Shown: positions 52,693 to 64,000 of the stretch, piece after piece
Layout of the letters: each line of letters starts with the position of its first letter
How positions within the stretch are numbered: the stretch's first letter is position 1
Assembly: GCA_964035545.1 (NCBI GenBank)
Contig: OZ037765.1
Coordinates: forward strand, 29,759,504 to 29,823,503
Length of the DNA stretch: 64,000 nucleotides
From: Bugula neritina
Lineage: Eukaryota; Animalia; Bryozoa
Direction of reading: 5' to 3'
Program-made: the position numbers and the translations under genes
Notes under the pieces: model-generated
Told to the model about the DNA's origin: nothing
Seen by the model: only the letters and a program-made list of their open reading frames with translations
Database searches by the model: none

Positions 52693-55600
52693 TCACTTTA
52701 TGATGAACTCAGAATTTTTAGTAAATAGTTCATATATTCTGCGTGATGTTTCTTTGCCAACTCTTCTGGAAGTTTGAACTACACCACCACCCCGTCTTAC
52801 CTATATCAGACAATATTCGCACAATTCTCACGCTAAATTATTATTTAATGATCAATTTAAGCCATTATTGTAAATAAAGATAATTAGTAATAACATTCTA
52901 CACTATTTGTTGCACATACCTCAATATCTTGTAGTAATAATTCTTCTTGCGAACTGCTTAACCTTTCATACTCCTAAAATAAAACCAGCTTCAATGCTGT
53001 AAACTCAGCCAATAGAAAGTGATGCTGTTTTATGTTATACTTAAATAATATTATCTTTGAGAAACAAGAGTTTATAATGTTAAAATATTATTTCCCAAGT
53101 GACATTTTTATATTTACAAGTTATACTCGGAATACAATAAATACATTATATTCCGAGTATAACGTTACCATAAATCACCATCCACCACAACTCACCTGGA
53201 ACAGCATGTAAGGTGCTGGCCACTTTGATACAATCGCTGTAGCAACATCAGCTGATATGTTCCGCGACTCCTGAAGCATTCTCGACCAAACTTGTCTACA
53301 TCCAGAATTATCTTTACCTATTTTCAGGCCAGTAGTTTTCACTGACATAGCTTCAGTTTCATATCTGCCTCGTCTGAATAATGTGAGAAATATTGTGGTA
53401 CAACAATAATACTTAAAATACCAATTAGCAGTTTTCCCTACCTTTTTCACTGCCATATTGACATTTTCCAACTAGTATGAAACTAGTAACCATGTATTAT
53501 GTCTTTTATGCAAAACACTTATATGTTGACTAGATTTGCTTAGCACAATGCTTATGGGAACTTTATCAACCAACTATTTAAAGATGTTGAAATGCAGTCA
53601 AGTTGAAATGTATAATTTACATATGATGTATATCTATTGCAACTACTTCCAGTATATTGTTTTCCATGTCAAAAGCAAAGAAATGCTAACATTCAACAGT
53701 TGGTCAAATTTTAATTTTGCCAAAGTTAATATATGTATCAAAAATGTATCAGTAAAAGTTATTTCAGATATATCAAAACAGAATAAACAATATATTATCA
53801 CATAAAATGCTGTAACTATGTGGAAAATGCTTTACTAACTTCACTGGTGCCTCAGCAATAGCTTTATTTAGACGTAAAATAGTTTTAGCTACATCTTCTT
53901 CCAAGTCCATATTGATTACTACAGTGTCAGTAGCCATTTGTAAGGCAGTGGTAGCCTGCAAAACACATCGACTCAAGGCAAAACGAACATGACTCCATTA
54001 CAAACGTTTACAACAATTTCCTGTGCAGCTCTGTATATTTTAATTCTATTGAATTTCCTACTGGTGTGAGATACACTCTTACATGGAGCGACAACAACGC
54101 CTATCCTGAATAAGCTCACGTGAGCTCTACAGCTCTACCCAAGAGCTCACTGCAGGAACCTCTCAACTAAATACCACCCCTAGGAGCCGCTCCTTCACTC
54201 AGATAGATGTGCCGAGAGCATATGAGGTAGCACATTTACAACAATTTATGTAATTACTAACAAATATAACACGCATATAGTGATATTACAGTGAATATAC
54301 CCAGTAACTAAGTAATTACATTATATAAATTGTAGTGTGTACACGAATTAATACACCAAATCACTTTTTTATGATAGAACCATTTGGATTAAATTGTGAG
54401 TTCCATACATAGATATTTAGCATGCAGGAACATTTCAGGCATTTTAAAGCAACACACAAACCTCTTCGTACTGTGCTCTAGTGATCATAGTCATATCCTT
54501 GTTTTTCTTGGAATTCCTTTGGGTACCACAAACAGTATCACGATGTACACGGTTTTTCTGAGTTTTTATAGTCCTTTATAAAGAATACAAACAGATAATT
54601 TAACTAACAAGCATGATAGATAAACACAACTCATTTCTAGAGCACTATGACTAGACTAATTGCTTTATAATTCTGCGTTTAAAATAATATAACTGTTTAA
54701 ATCTCTATAAATGCTATAAAGTCAATCTCGGTCCTGATGCAAAATGACTGTACAAATTAGATAACTCACAAATCTGCAAACAAAATGACAGAACAATACA
54801 GCTAACATATTATTATGTTTTTAAAATACCTGAAATATTTTTCGCAGCCGAACACTATGAGTGTAATCTTAGCTTGATAAGATTTATATATCTTCTTTAT
54901 ATACTCTGTAAGTGATAAATGGCTGGAACCAATGCCTAGCATCTAAAATATATTTATCAGAATATTAAAAAATATAAACTAATAATTTTATTTCAACACC
55001 ATTTGATGGAATTAAAACTTAAATTTAAATTCTGTGACAGCTTAGAATATATTTAATTTTTTGTACAAAAACAAAAATAAAAGCTGAGTTATTAAATTTG
55101 GCAATAAAAAGAAGCTGCGTTGTATATGTACCGATAAACTCATGTCTACCATGTCAGACATTTGCAATACCACAGCCATATTGTCTTCTTGCACATAACT
55201 ACGTGTATCGCATTGAGGGGTCACAAGTGATCTCTTGAAAACAATAGTGTTGGATAGAGAGGCAGACACATACTTCATAGGCACGTTGTTAGCTACACAC
55301 GCTGCTTCTATACACACACCCAAGGTGGTACGCTCAAGATGGTGACTAACTTCTAATAGCATATGCTGCAACATAATATATTACCAGTTGATATTATTTA
55401 ACTACAAAACTATGTAGTTGGGAGTCACAGCATATTAATGATGACAAAAATGAACCAACACTTCTCAAATAATAAAACCAGTCTTGTGCAAATTCACATC
55501 AAGTTTTATTTTGTAAAGTGAGAATTTAGACATTCTATCTGATCAATCATTTTCTTTGATACAAACAAGAAGTTTCAACTCAAGCCAATTACTAACCCTG

Positions 55601-56470
55601 TGACACTCCCCAGGTTGAGCAGCTCTACGAGCTTCACGCTCAGCCTCTTTCATAGCTTGATCTCTCTTTTTATCTAACAATTTCTTTTCTTTTTCTTCCT
55701 GTTTCTTTTGCCGCTCAAGTTTTTTCTCTTTTCTAAGCTTTTCTTTTTCTGCTGCTTTAACAGAGGCTTTTGTAGACTTCATTTTTGTGTCCTAAAAATT
55801 AAAAATAGAGAAAACATTCATATATGGTAAGTCTGTTCATTGGAAATCAAGTATAGCTACAAAACAAATAAAACAATTTAAATACCTTTATAATTGTGAA
55901 TTTATCTGAAACTTCTAATGAGTTTGAGAAACTTTCATTGCTTTTTAATGCAACATGCTTTGACGTCGAAGGAAGACTACTAATGTCTTGTAGCGATGCC
56001 TTAGAACTGCAAGGTGAAGGCTTTAAAGCTGCAGAAGTCAATGTTGGTTCATTTTCAATATCTGGTAAAGAGTCAAAATCACTTGAGTTACTATATCTTT
56101 CAGTTTTATCACTATTTGAATCACTATTAACTTGATGAGTTGCAGTTTCAAGCCTGCAAGCACCGTGCAGTTCAGGTTTAATAGATATATCTGGAAGAGA
56201 ATCATGATCGGAACTGTATTGCATTGTGCTATCGCTATCAAAATCCACATCTTTGGAGCTTTCCACATTTTGATGGCTACTTTTGAAATACTTAGGGATT
56301 GGAGCTTCTTCATCACTACTTAATAAGACAACAGTTTCTTCTTTTGCCTTTAATATTGAAAAAGCAGTACAGCCTGGGGTGTTTTTATTTTTAGTGATTT
56401 GTTTATTAGGTTTAGAAGCAATCAGTGGAATTTCATCATCACTATCGTCCATCAAATCGATATAGTCCAT
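52693..56470 (-). CDS. EME1: Crossover junction endonuclease subunit EME1
   Basis: Exons approx. 56470-55886, 55790-55577, 55363-55132, 54943-54830, 54580-54462, 53955-53840, 53372-53197, 52973-52920, 52800-52693; N-terminal acidic SIMs, RRAAQPGEC, NKAIAEAP, SGCRQVWSRMLQ..RNISADVATAIVSKWPAP, VRRGGGVVQTSRRVGKETSRRIY. Confidence 0.9.
54020..54234. other. GC-richer, hairpin-rich 215-bp insert flanked by 13-bp direct repeats in an EME1 intron
   Basis: TTTACAACAATTT at 54007-54019 and 54235-54247; internal stems such as GTGAGCTCT...AGAGCTCAC. Confidence 0.55.
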
Positions 56471-57089
56471 GGTAGAAGACTTGGGTCACCTAAAACATTA
56501 CAACACTTTCAGCATTTTAAAAAAAGCAACACACATAGCTACCAATAGTGTTAACAAACAGAAACTAATTTATACATTACTTTTTGCTTATTAGCAATTC
56601 TAGTAAAGTTTGAGCGGCTATTCTGATCAAAACAGCATATTAGCTGTAGAATTTAGACCCTTCACAAGAAATGCTTAGTTACAAACAATGGTGTTGTAGC
56701 AACATTAGTCTCACCATCAGTAGTAAATTTAGCATGACTACCATGATTAATAATAAAAAATAATTATACACCATTGCAATTGACTATTAATATTACTGTG
56801 GATTGCAAAACAATTCTAAAAATTCCTTCCAACATTCACTTGAATTATAATTTTTGATTATTAATAATACAGCAAATACAACAAGCCAATATATTTTAAG
56901 GGATAACTGACATTACCAACTTAACTAAAATTAACATACGTATCTCTAAACCTATATAATTTTTAGCAATTACTAATTAACATAATGAGCTAGTTTTTTG
57001 CTTGAAACTAAAAAAGATTATAGCAACTAAACAGAGTAGCCTACTATGGTAATGTCTATTCAGTCTATATTCATATTGCCATTGGACCC

Positions 57090-58760
57090 ACTCACATGAT
57101 CATGATAATCATTAGAATATTATGCATATCCTATTCAACATTATGAAATGGTGATAGTTAAAGAGACAGCCATACAATTACAATTACACACATATCATAA
57201 TACTAATAGCTTTCATAATTACAACTATAATCATTACGACAATTGATAAGTGAAGATCACAATGTCATAGTGACAATGACAATTCACTCAAAGTCAATAT
57301 TTATAGTTTATAGTTATACTGTAATATGTATAAGTAATAGTTATAAATATATTATAGTTATTATGTTATTACGTTATTCATGGAGTAGTCCTTGATTTCC
57401 GTAAGGCGTTTGATAAGGTTCCCCACACCCTACTCATGCAAAAAGTCCGTTGTATTGATGGCATTAACCCAAGCATAGCAAATTGGATCCAAGGGTTCCT
57501 GACAAAAAGAAGTCAGAGAACTGCCATACGTGGTGTATTATCATCAGATCTCCCTATCTCCTCGGGGGTGCCACAGGGTTCGGTACTAGGGCCAACCTTG
57601 TTTCTTATATACATAAATGACCTACCACAAGTGATAACATGCAAAGTAAGTCTCTATGCCGATGACACCCTGATTTATGCTGCTGTGAATAGCAATGAGG
57701 ACAAGCAGCTTTTTCAGACAAATATAGATGCTCTACATAAGTGGTCCATGAAATGGAAAATGCCTTTTAACACGGAAAAGTGTGAGGTAATCGTCTTTAG
57801 CAAAGCCCCAAGGGCATATCCAGTGTTTGACCCCAGCTATGCACTTGGTGGAACTCCGCTCAAATGCAGACAGGAGATCAAATATCTTGGTATAATTCTG
57901 CAGTCCAACTTAAAATTTGAGCAACATATTACATCTAAGATCAAAAGTGCCTCCAAGGTCCTAGGTTGCATAAAATACTCGCTTTATGAAGCCCCTGCCA
58001 ATAGCAAACTACTCGCATACACCAGTCTCTGCCGACCAATTCTATAATACGGCGATACTCTTTGGGACCCAGCGGATTCAGCTAATATTGATGCCTTAGA
58101 GCGTGTACAGTCCCAAGCAATCAGGTTCATTAACAATATCAAAGGAAGACAAGGCATCTCAGAAGCTCGAAACAAACTCGAACTACAACTTCTCAAAGAC
58201 CGAAGAAAAACACATAGGTTGTCACTGTTAATGAGAATCCTCTCAGATGAATCTAAACACCAAACCTTAGCCTCAGCTTATGATGAACTGACTAAAAATA
58301 AAAACAAGTACACTATGTATACGCGAGCTGCACAGAGAGGTGAGCCAACATCTATCTATGCTGCGAGCAAGGTCTATTTTAACAGTTTTCTCCCACGCAG
58401 TGTGAGAGATCTGAAGCTAAGGTCAACTAACACACAACAATAAACAGCTATATGCTGCTATACTAACTCATACTGACATTTATCACTAACCAAAGAGGCG
58501 CTCCACGTTTGCACCATAACGGTGACATTGAGTGTTCTATCGTCTACGAGGTGAGTTACGAGGTGAGTAAGTACTCACATTTATTGAATTTAATTTCAAC
58601 ATTTACTTACAGTTACAGTTAGTGTTACTCTCAGTTCTACTTTACTTAGTATCATACTTATAGTCATAGTGATTCAGTGACTTAAATTATGATCATCATC
58701 ATAATGATCATCATCATCATATTCACTTTCACTTTTAGTGATTCCCAATCATCACTTTTC
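57090..58760. repeat. 6-bp-periodic tract in EME1 5' region, split by the LINE insertion
   Basis: tatagttatagttatact at 57300-57360; acttatagtcatagtgat/atcatcataatgatc at 58600-58730. Confidence 0.6.
57376..58572 (+). mobile_element. 5'-truncated non-LTR retrotransposon (CR1/L2-group LINE), RT domain plus 3' end, one nonsense mutation
   Basis: LDFRKAFDKVPH, SGVPQGSVLGPTLFLIYINDL, LYADDT, KYLGI, CRPIL*YGDTLWDP; frame continues to stop at 58443; short 3'UTR ending in (ACGAGGTGAGT)x2 tail. Confidence 0.92.
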
Positions 58761-59329
58761 AATCATGTTATTGTTTTTCTATATTAATATTTACTGAAAA
58801 ACACAACAAATAAACCTGAGTATAGCAATCATCACAACTTAGATAATATGCAATTAGCGAACATGTAATATCCAATTCAATCAAATGATTCATGATTTTG
58901 GTGCTATTTTGATATTAATACTAAATATATTTATAATACTAGTAAAACTAAAAGTAGCAATACTTTAAACTTTTCAAAACTGGTTAAACGGAAAACAAAT
59001 AAATGCTTTTAACTAGGTGCGCTGTTAATTACATAGTCTGACATTAATTTAATACTGCTCATCGTGATTACTATATGTACTCTAGTTTCTACGACCTAAG
59101 TCCGACAGCTCTCAATCCTCTATGCCGACTTTTAGCAGAAGCAAGTAAAATATCAATAATGCTATTCACCTATTGGTCTTGGACTTGGTAATGAAGTAAA
59201 ACTCAGTAACTTTTCTCAAATTTTTTCTTGACTATTTGTTATTTAGCAAATCTATCTAAATGCTTTATATAAAATTTACAAATTAAATTTGGCACTTTGA
59301 GTCTTTTACATCAAAAACTTGCATTAGTT

Positions 59330-59660
59330 GCATATACTTACAGTTAACTGTAAGTGCATACACTTAGTGACTTACAGTAACTGAGTTACACTTACTGTTA
59401 CTGAGTGTTAGACTTAGTGTTACACCAGTCCATCATGATCAAAAAATTTACAGGCCATCATCATCGTCATGATCATCAACTAATCAATAAACTAAAAAAA
59501 TATATGTATCATTATGATAATCATAATGATAATCAAATTTAAAATAATTAATTGAGTAAATTAACTATTAAGTCAATACTTTAACTAGTTGATTTCAGTA
59601 AAAATAATTGAAGTACTGGGTCTGGAGTCAAACTCAATGTTACTTAGAGTTAGACCATGC
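59330..59660. repeat. 6-bp-periodic tract on the other side of the EME1 promoter
   Basis: acttacagtaactgagttacactt, atcatcgtcatgatcatc. Confidence 0.55.
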
Positions 59661-61094
59661 TTTGCATAGGTCAAACAATTTTATCAATAGTAGTTTGGTT
59701 TAAACTTGAAGTTAATCTTCATGTTAATGTAGCTAGTTTATGTAATTGTAGTGAAAAAGTAACCCCTAACTGCAATCTTTAAATCTAATATGGTGAATGA
59801 TTCAGGGGCATGACAATTGCTTTTAATAAAACTCATTTTGATATTTATGATAAATATAAGTTTGATAATGATACACTCATAATGTAGGGCCTCCATACAC
59901 CTATGACATTTACCAAACTATGATCGGTGTGGGGGAGGGATTGTAGATTTGGCAAATAGCAGAAGTGTTGGTATACATAATATAATGGAGCTTAGTAATA
60001 GTAATATGAAATTATGTGCATGTTATTGATGGGCACAATGTAGTCGATTTAGAAGCGTTAATTCTCTTTAGTATCTCAATTTCAAAGATAATTTTTTTTC
60101 TATTGTTGATGTAGCTAGGAACTTTTATATCTTGTCTCAAAGCTTTTAGAATCTTTCGAATTTTAATCTTGAAATATTTTAAAAGTGTATTTGTAGTTTT
60201 AGTTTGTTTTCATGTGTTTTTATATATTTTGGTAATTTTTATGCTCTAACTTTTGTTTTTCAGGTAGAAGCAGAATATTTTAAAATATGCAAGTACAGTA
60301 ACTAAGTTTTTTAATTTTATTACTATACACAAAAACAGAACGCTAAAAATTTTTATGAATCTCAAAATGCTTAGTAAAATTCATTAAAATATATGAAATT
60401 GAAGTTATCACAATGATTGTTAGCACTTTCAAAATATGAATGCTATGTTATAAACATAAAATTTATAAGTTATATATTATGCATGGTAGAATTAGACATG
60501 ATTAGACTATACTAATATGCGAAAAATGAATTTATGGAAGCAACTCTTTTAACCATAAGCCTTTTTATATACTAATTGTTGTCTTTCTGCTTTAATACAA
60601 TTTTATGATTTCAAGATCTTGTAAACAACTGGTCCTCAAACTCAGGTAACCTAGCATTGCTTTGAAATTAGCTGATACTTTTATATATCTCATTATTAGA
60701 TTCTAGCTTCTAATAAACTAGATTTCCTTGTTGAACTTTACCTGCAGTATTTAGAATCTCAACTTGAGCTCAATGGCTTTATTATTCTAGTAATTTTCCT
60801 CTCTTATTTTCGTTTTATCATTTTCTTAACTCAGTTTTCCTAGTTAATTTTTCTCAACGTGGACACATATGTAATATTCTGAGTCAGTTCTTGTAACCTA
60901 TCATTTCTGTTTGTATACCAAAAGTACATAATATGTTATTGTTGAATCAATTTAAACAATTTTGCAGCCTTGTTTTTTATGCAAAAGTACCTGTTATTTG
61001 TTATAGCAAAATCTCAAAAGCTGTAATTCGTAGTAACTCATTTTTTAAAACTCCTTATTTGGCGAAAACTTTCTCATAGTATAGATTTTAAGGT

Positions 61095-61275
61095 TGGCTA
61101 TGGGCTGTGCCTCTTAATGTGTTTGCACATGGGTTTAGTACTTGCTGTTAGTAATTGTGATCCAACGCTCTTTCTAATATTGTGAAAGGCTCATCTTGGA
61201 GTCGAACCTGCAGTAGCCTATCATAAAATATCATACTAAGGCAGCTCTAAAGCCATAAGGGCTCAGGCTACGGTT
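61095..61275 (-). mobile_element. Degenerate tRNA-derived SINE copy
   Basis: Minus strand B-box GGTTCGACTCC followed by AATATTAGAAAAGAGCGTTGGATCACAATTACT, loosely similar to the body of the 17.8-kb SINE. Confidence 0.4.
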
Positions 61276-62163
61276 GCTCTTTATATAACTAATAGTAAGT
61301 AAATTTACTAGCTATGATTAAAGAATTTTAATAATACTTTTAATGTATATAAAATAGTCTTTTTAATCTAAGCTTAGACTCATCCCTTATATTAACATGT
61401 CAGCTAAAGGAAATATCACCGTTTGTACATAAATGTGAATTTCAGTGCTTGTATTTATGGAATTGAAAAAAAATTAAAACTTCATATTGTAAGATTATCT
61501 CTAATAACTATATGCCTGTACATACATGTAGGATCACTTTTGGTTAACTTTTAACTCACAAACTTTTCAGTCTGGTGGGATTTATGTGTTCGAAAGTTTT
61601 ATATTTGCACTCATTTTGACATATGGCATGTCAAAACACATTTAAGAGAATCACAATAATTATAGGTTAAAGTTTGATTGAAATTGTAGAAATATGCAAT
61701 TATTTGAAAAATTAAACATTTGTAGCAACATTGATATAATGTAGATCAACAACTTGAAATATTCTCTACTGGTATTGTATTTAGACAAAGGATATTACTA
61801 AGAGTGTTATCTGCTGTAAACATTCTACTTTAATAATATTTGTTACAAAACTTGTCATTCATGAATAACCTAGCTCTATAACTAGAAGTGATTCCTGCTT
61901 CCTCTATTCTGATCTAATTACAAATTAATCATGCAGCAGGCTAAAAAGTAGGATACAACATCGATGCTTACATAAGCTCATCTGATTTGCATAAGATATA
62001 ATCTTGTCACATGATAAATCATGTTATCAGTACTGTTATCACACACGCTCCCTTGCAGGCTTCATCTGCCTCACTTGGGGTCCTCTACTCTACTTGTTTA
62101 GTTGGTTGTCTATAAACTGAGCTGCTGTTTTTATTCAAATCTGTTTTCTATTCACTCAGCACA

Positions 62164-63581
62164 ATGTCTGATGAGGAAAAGACGCCGGTCAGTATCTTTT
62201 ACACTCAGGGAGTTGTGAGACTAGATATTCTTATTTCAGTTAGACTGCCTGTTGTATGCACCTTTCCTGTGAATCTCTTAATGATGCATTGAATATACCG
62301 TTTTAGTGCGATATTGTCTATTCCTGTTTGCTAGTTTTTCATTAAATCACATGTTGACCTACTCTTTGGCACTGAACTGACTAAGCTTTAGGTATTCCAT
62401 ATCTCAATCTTGTCATGAGCAGTATTAACTGTAATTTATAGCTTCAAGGTTTCCTGCTAGACAACATTCTTGTATGTGCTATTAGCAAGGTTGAGACTGT
62501 GTCTAATCAGCATAATATTTCCTACACTATAATATTATGGACTACAATATAGGTCATAGGAAGTTGAAAATATGATAATATTATTAAGCTTTGATGATGC
62601 ATTCAAGTGGCACTATCAGCTATGTAACATTTATTTTTGTAAACTGCAATCTTTCTAATGACAATACAAATTTCTAGGATAGTCATATATTGTTCAATGT
62701 GCAGTGTCCATTGTGCTTCATAGTGCTAGCTTTAGTCACTGCTTTACAATCTCATGCTGCAGTATTTATGAGCTTTCAGCTGCACATTAAACAATACACA
62801 GCAAGGTTTGCGTTGTAATTTGCTATCGGGTTGTCTTTTTGCTTTAATACAATCAATGGATTATGTGCGAAACTAGGTCGATATCTTTGCTTTTATGTAA
62901 CTGAGTAGTGCCCTTGAAGCGTGAATTTGTTGCTTATATAAGTGAGTGACCAGTTACACAAGCCTCGTATCAGTTGTTATATTTTATCAGCAAGCAGTTG
63001 CATGTGGCAGATTGTACCTTCACAAGGACTTCATGCTTCTACTGGGAACTTATCTTTTTAAATTAATCTTCATCTTTATTTATTTAGCATAACACAAGGT
63101 GAATACACTTTTAGTATTATAGTGTTTAGCATGTTATAGTGTTTAGCATATAGTGTTTAGCATCTATTACACTGTATTTAAGTAAGTGCTAATGATTACA
63201 AATGCCAAGGTAAGTACCATCATACATATTTCTTATTTTATACATTCTGTGAGTAAATTTTATTTGGGGAGTTTGTGTAGTGTAGTGTAGTGTAGTGTAG
63301 TGTAGTGTAGTGTAGTGTAGTGTAGTGTAGTGTAGTGTAGTGCAGTGTAGTGTAGTGTAGTAGTCAACGAATAAGCTTTGTCTATGTATGACAGCTTTCA
63401 CAAGTTTATACATCTGCGTATTACTCAATCTACGTGCTTATATATTATAGTACAAACTTTGTCTATGTTGCGTATATGCTCTCTTTAGTTGGTGAAGAAT
63501 ATGCACGGATCAGCCACCTACAGCTCTACCTCACCCATGCCTGAAGATGTTACCAGTTCACCCTCAAAAAAGGCAACTAAT
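62164..63581 (+). CDS. Probable first coding exons of an unidentified gene continuing beyond the window
   Basis: MSDEEKTP (62164-62187, donor gtcagt) + LVKNMHGSATYSSTSPMPEDVTSSPSKKATN (63489-63581, tttag/gtaagt), both phase 0. Confidence 0.4.
63276..63364. repeat. (GTGTA)n pentanucleotide microsatellite
   Basis: ~17 near-perfect units. Confidence 0.95.
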
Positions 63582-64000
63582 GTAAGTCAAGTATAATTTA
63601 CTCACGATGTGCGTAACTGTGTATACATGATTATGTTAACTATCTGTCTTTCATCCTATTTCTCTAGCTTCAAAGGATTGTCTCTCTCTTCATTTCTCCT
63701 TCCAGCCTCTTCATGTTGTCACCTCGTCTTTTATTTTGGGTCGTCCTCTCTTTCCTGGCAACTTCATCTCAGCCTCTTATAGTCTTATTCTCAACACATG
63801 ACCACACTACCTCAGTCTAGATTCTCTCTGTTCCACTTCAATCCTTTCTACACCTGGTGCTTCTCTTGATACAATATTTTTATGCTAATAATAAAAGTAT
63901 AACAAGCATGTGACATAAGATGACATCAACTGCAGTGTTTTTGTGTCTTTCCTTTTGTATAAAATAAACGAATAAAGACTCAGTGTATGCATGGGAGTTG

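Noticed and set aside
54410-54440. CATGCAGGAACATTT resembling the U17 snoRNA 3' end
   Set aside because: Antisense to host gene and lacks the m1/m2 motifs in the required arrangement

Overview
Eukaryotic, AT-rich, gene-dense animal (invertebrate-like) genomic DNA with short spliceosomal introns; species not determinable from sequence alone. I can build 11 protein-coding gene models by hand: MFSD13A-like (-, runs off the left edge), USF3-like bHLH-ZIP (+), an uncharacterised RG/Thr-His-repeat/RRM protein (+), HIPK (-), ANKRD53 (-), TRIAP1 (+), CIAO2A/FAM96A (-), a ~100-aa orphan (+), EME1 (-), and the first exons of a further gene (+, runs off the right edge), plus a 5'-truncated LINE RT ORF. 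Introns and promoters carry several non-autonomous DNA transposons (hAT-, Harbinger- and ISL2EU-like MITEs), tRNA-derived SINEs and minisatellites. The most striking unexplained pattern is a distinctive degenerate 6-bp-periodic tract (consensus NATAST / ASTATN) that lies next to the inferred 5' end of essentially every gene (on both sides of divergent promoters) and that I did not see in internal introns or 3' regions. Exon boundaries are hand-derived from GT/AG signals and frame continuity; no searches were run.
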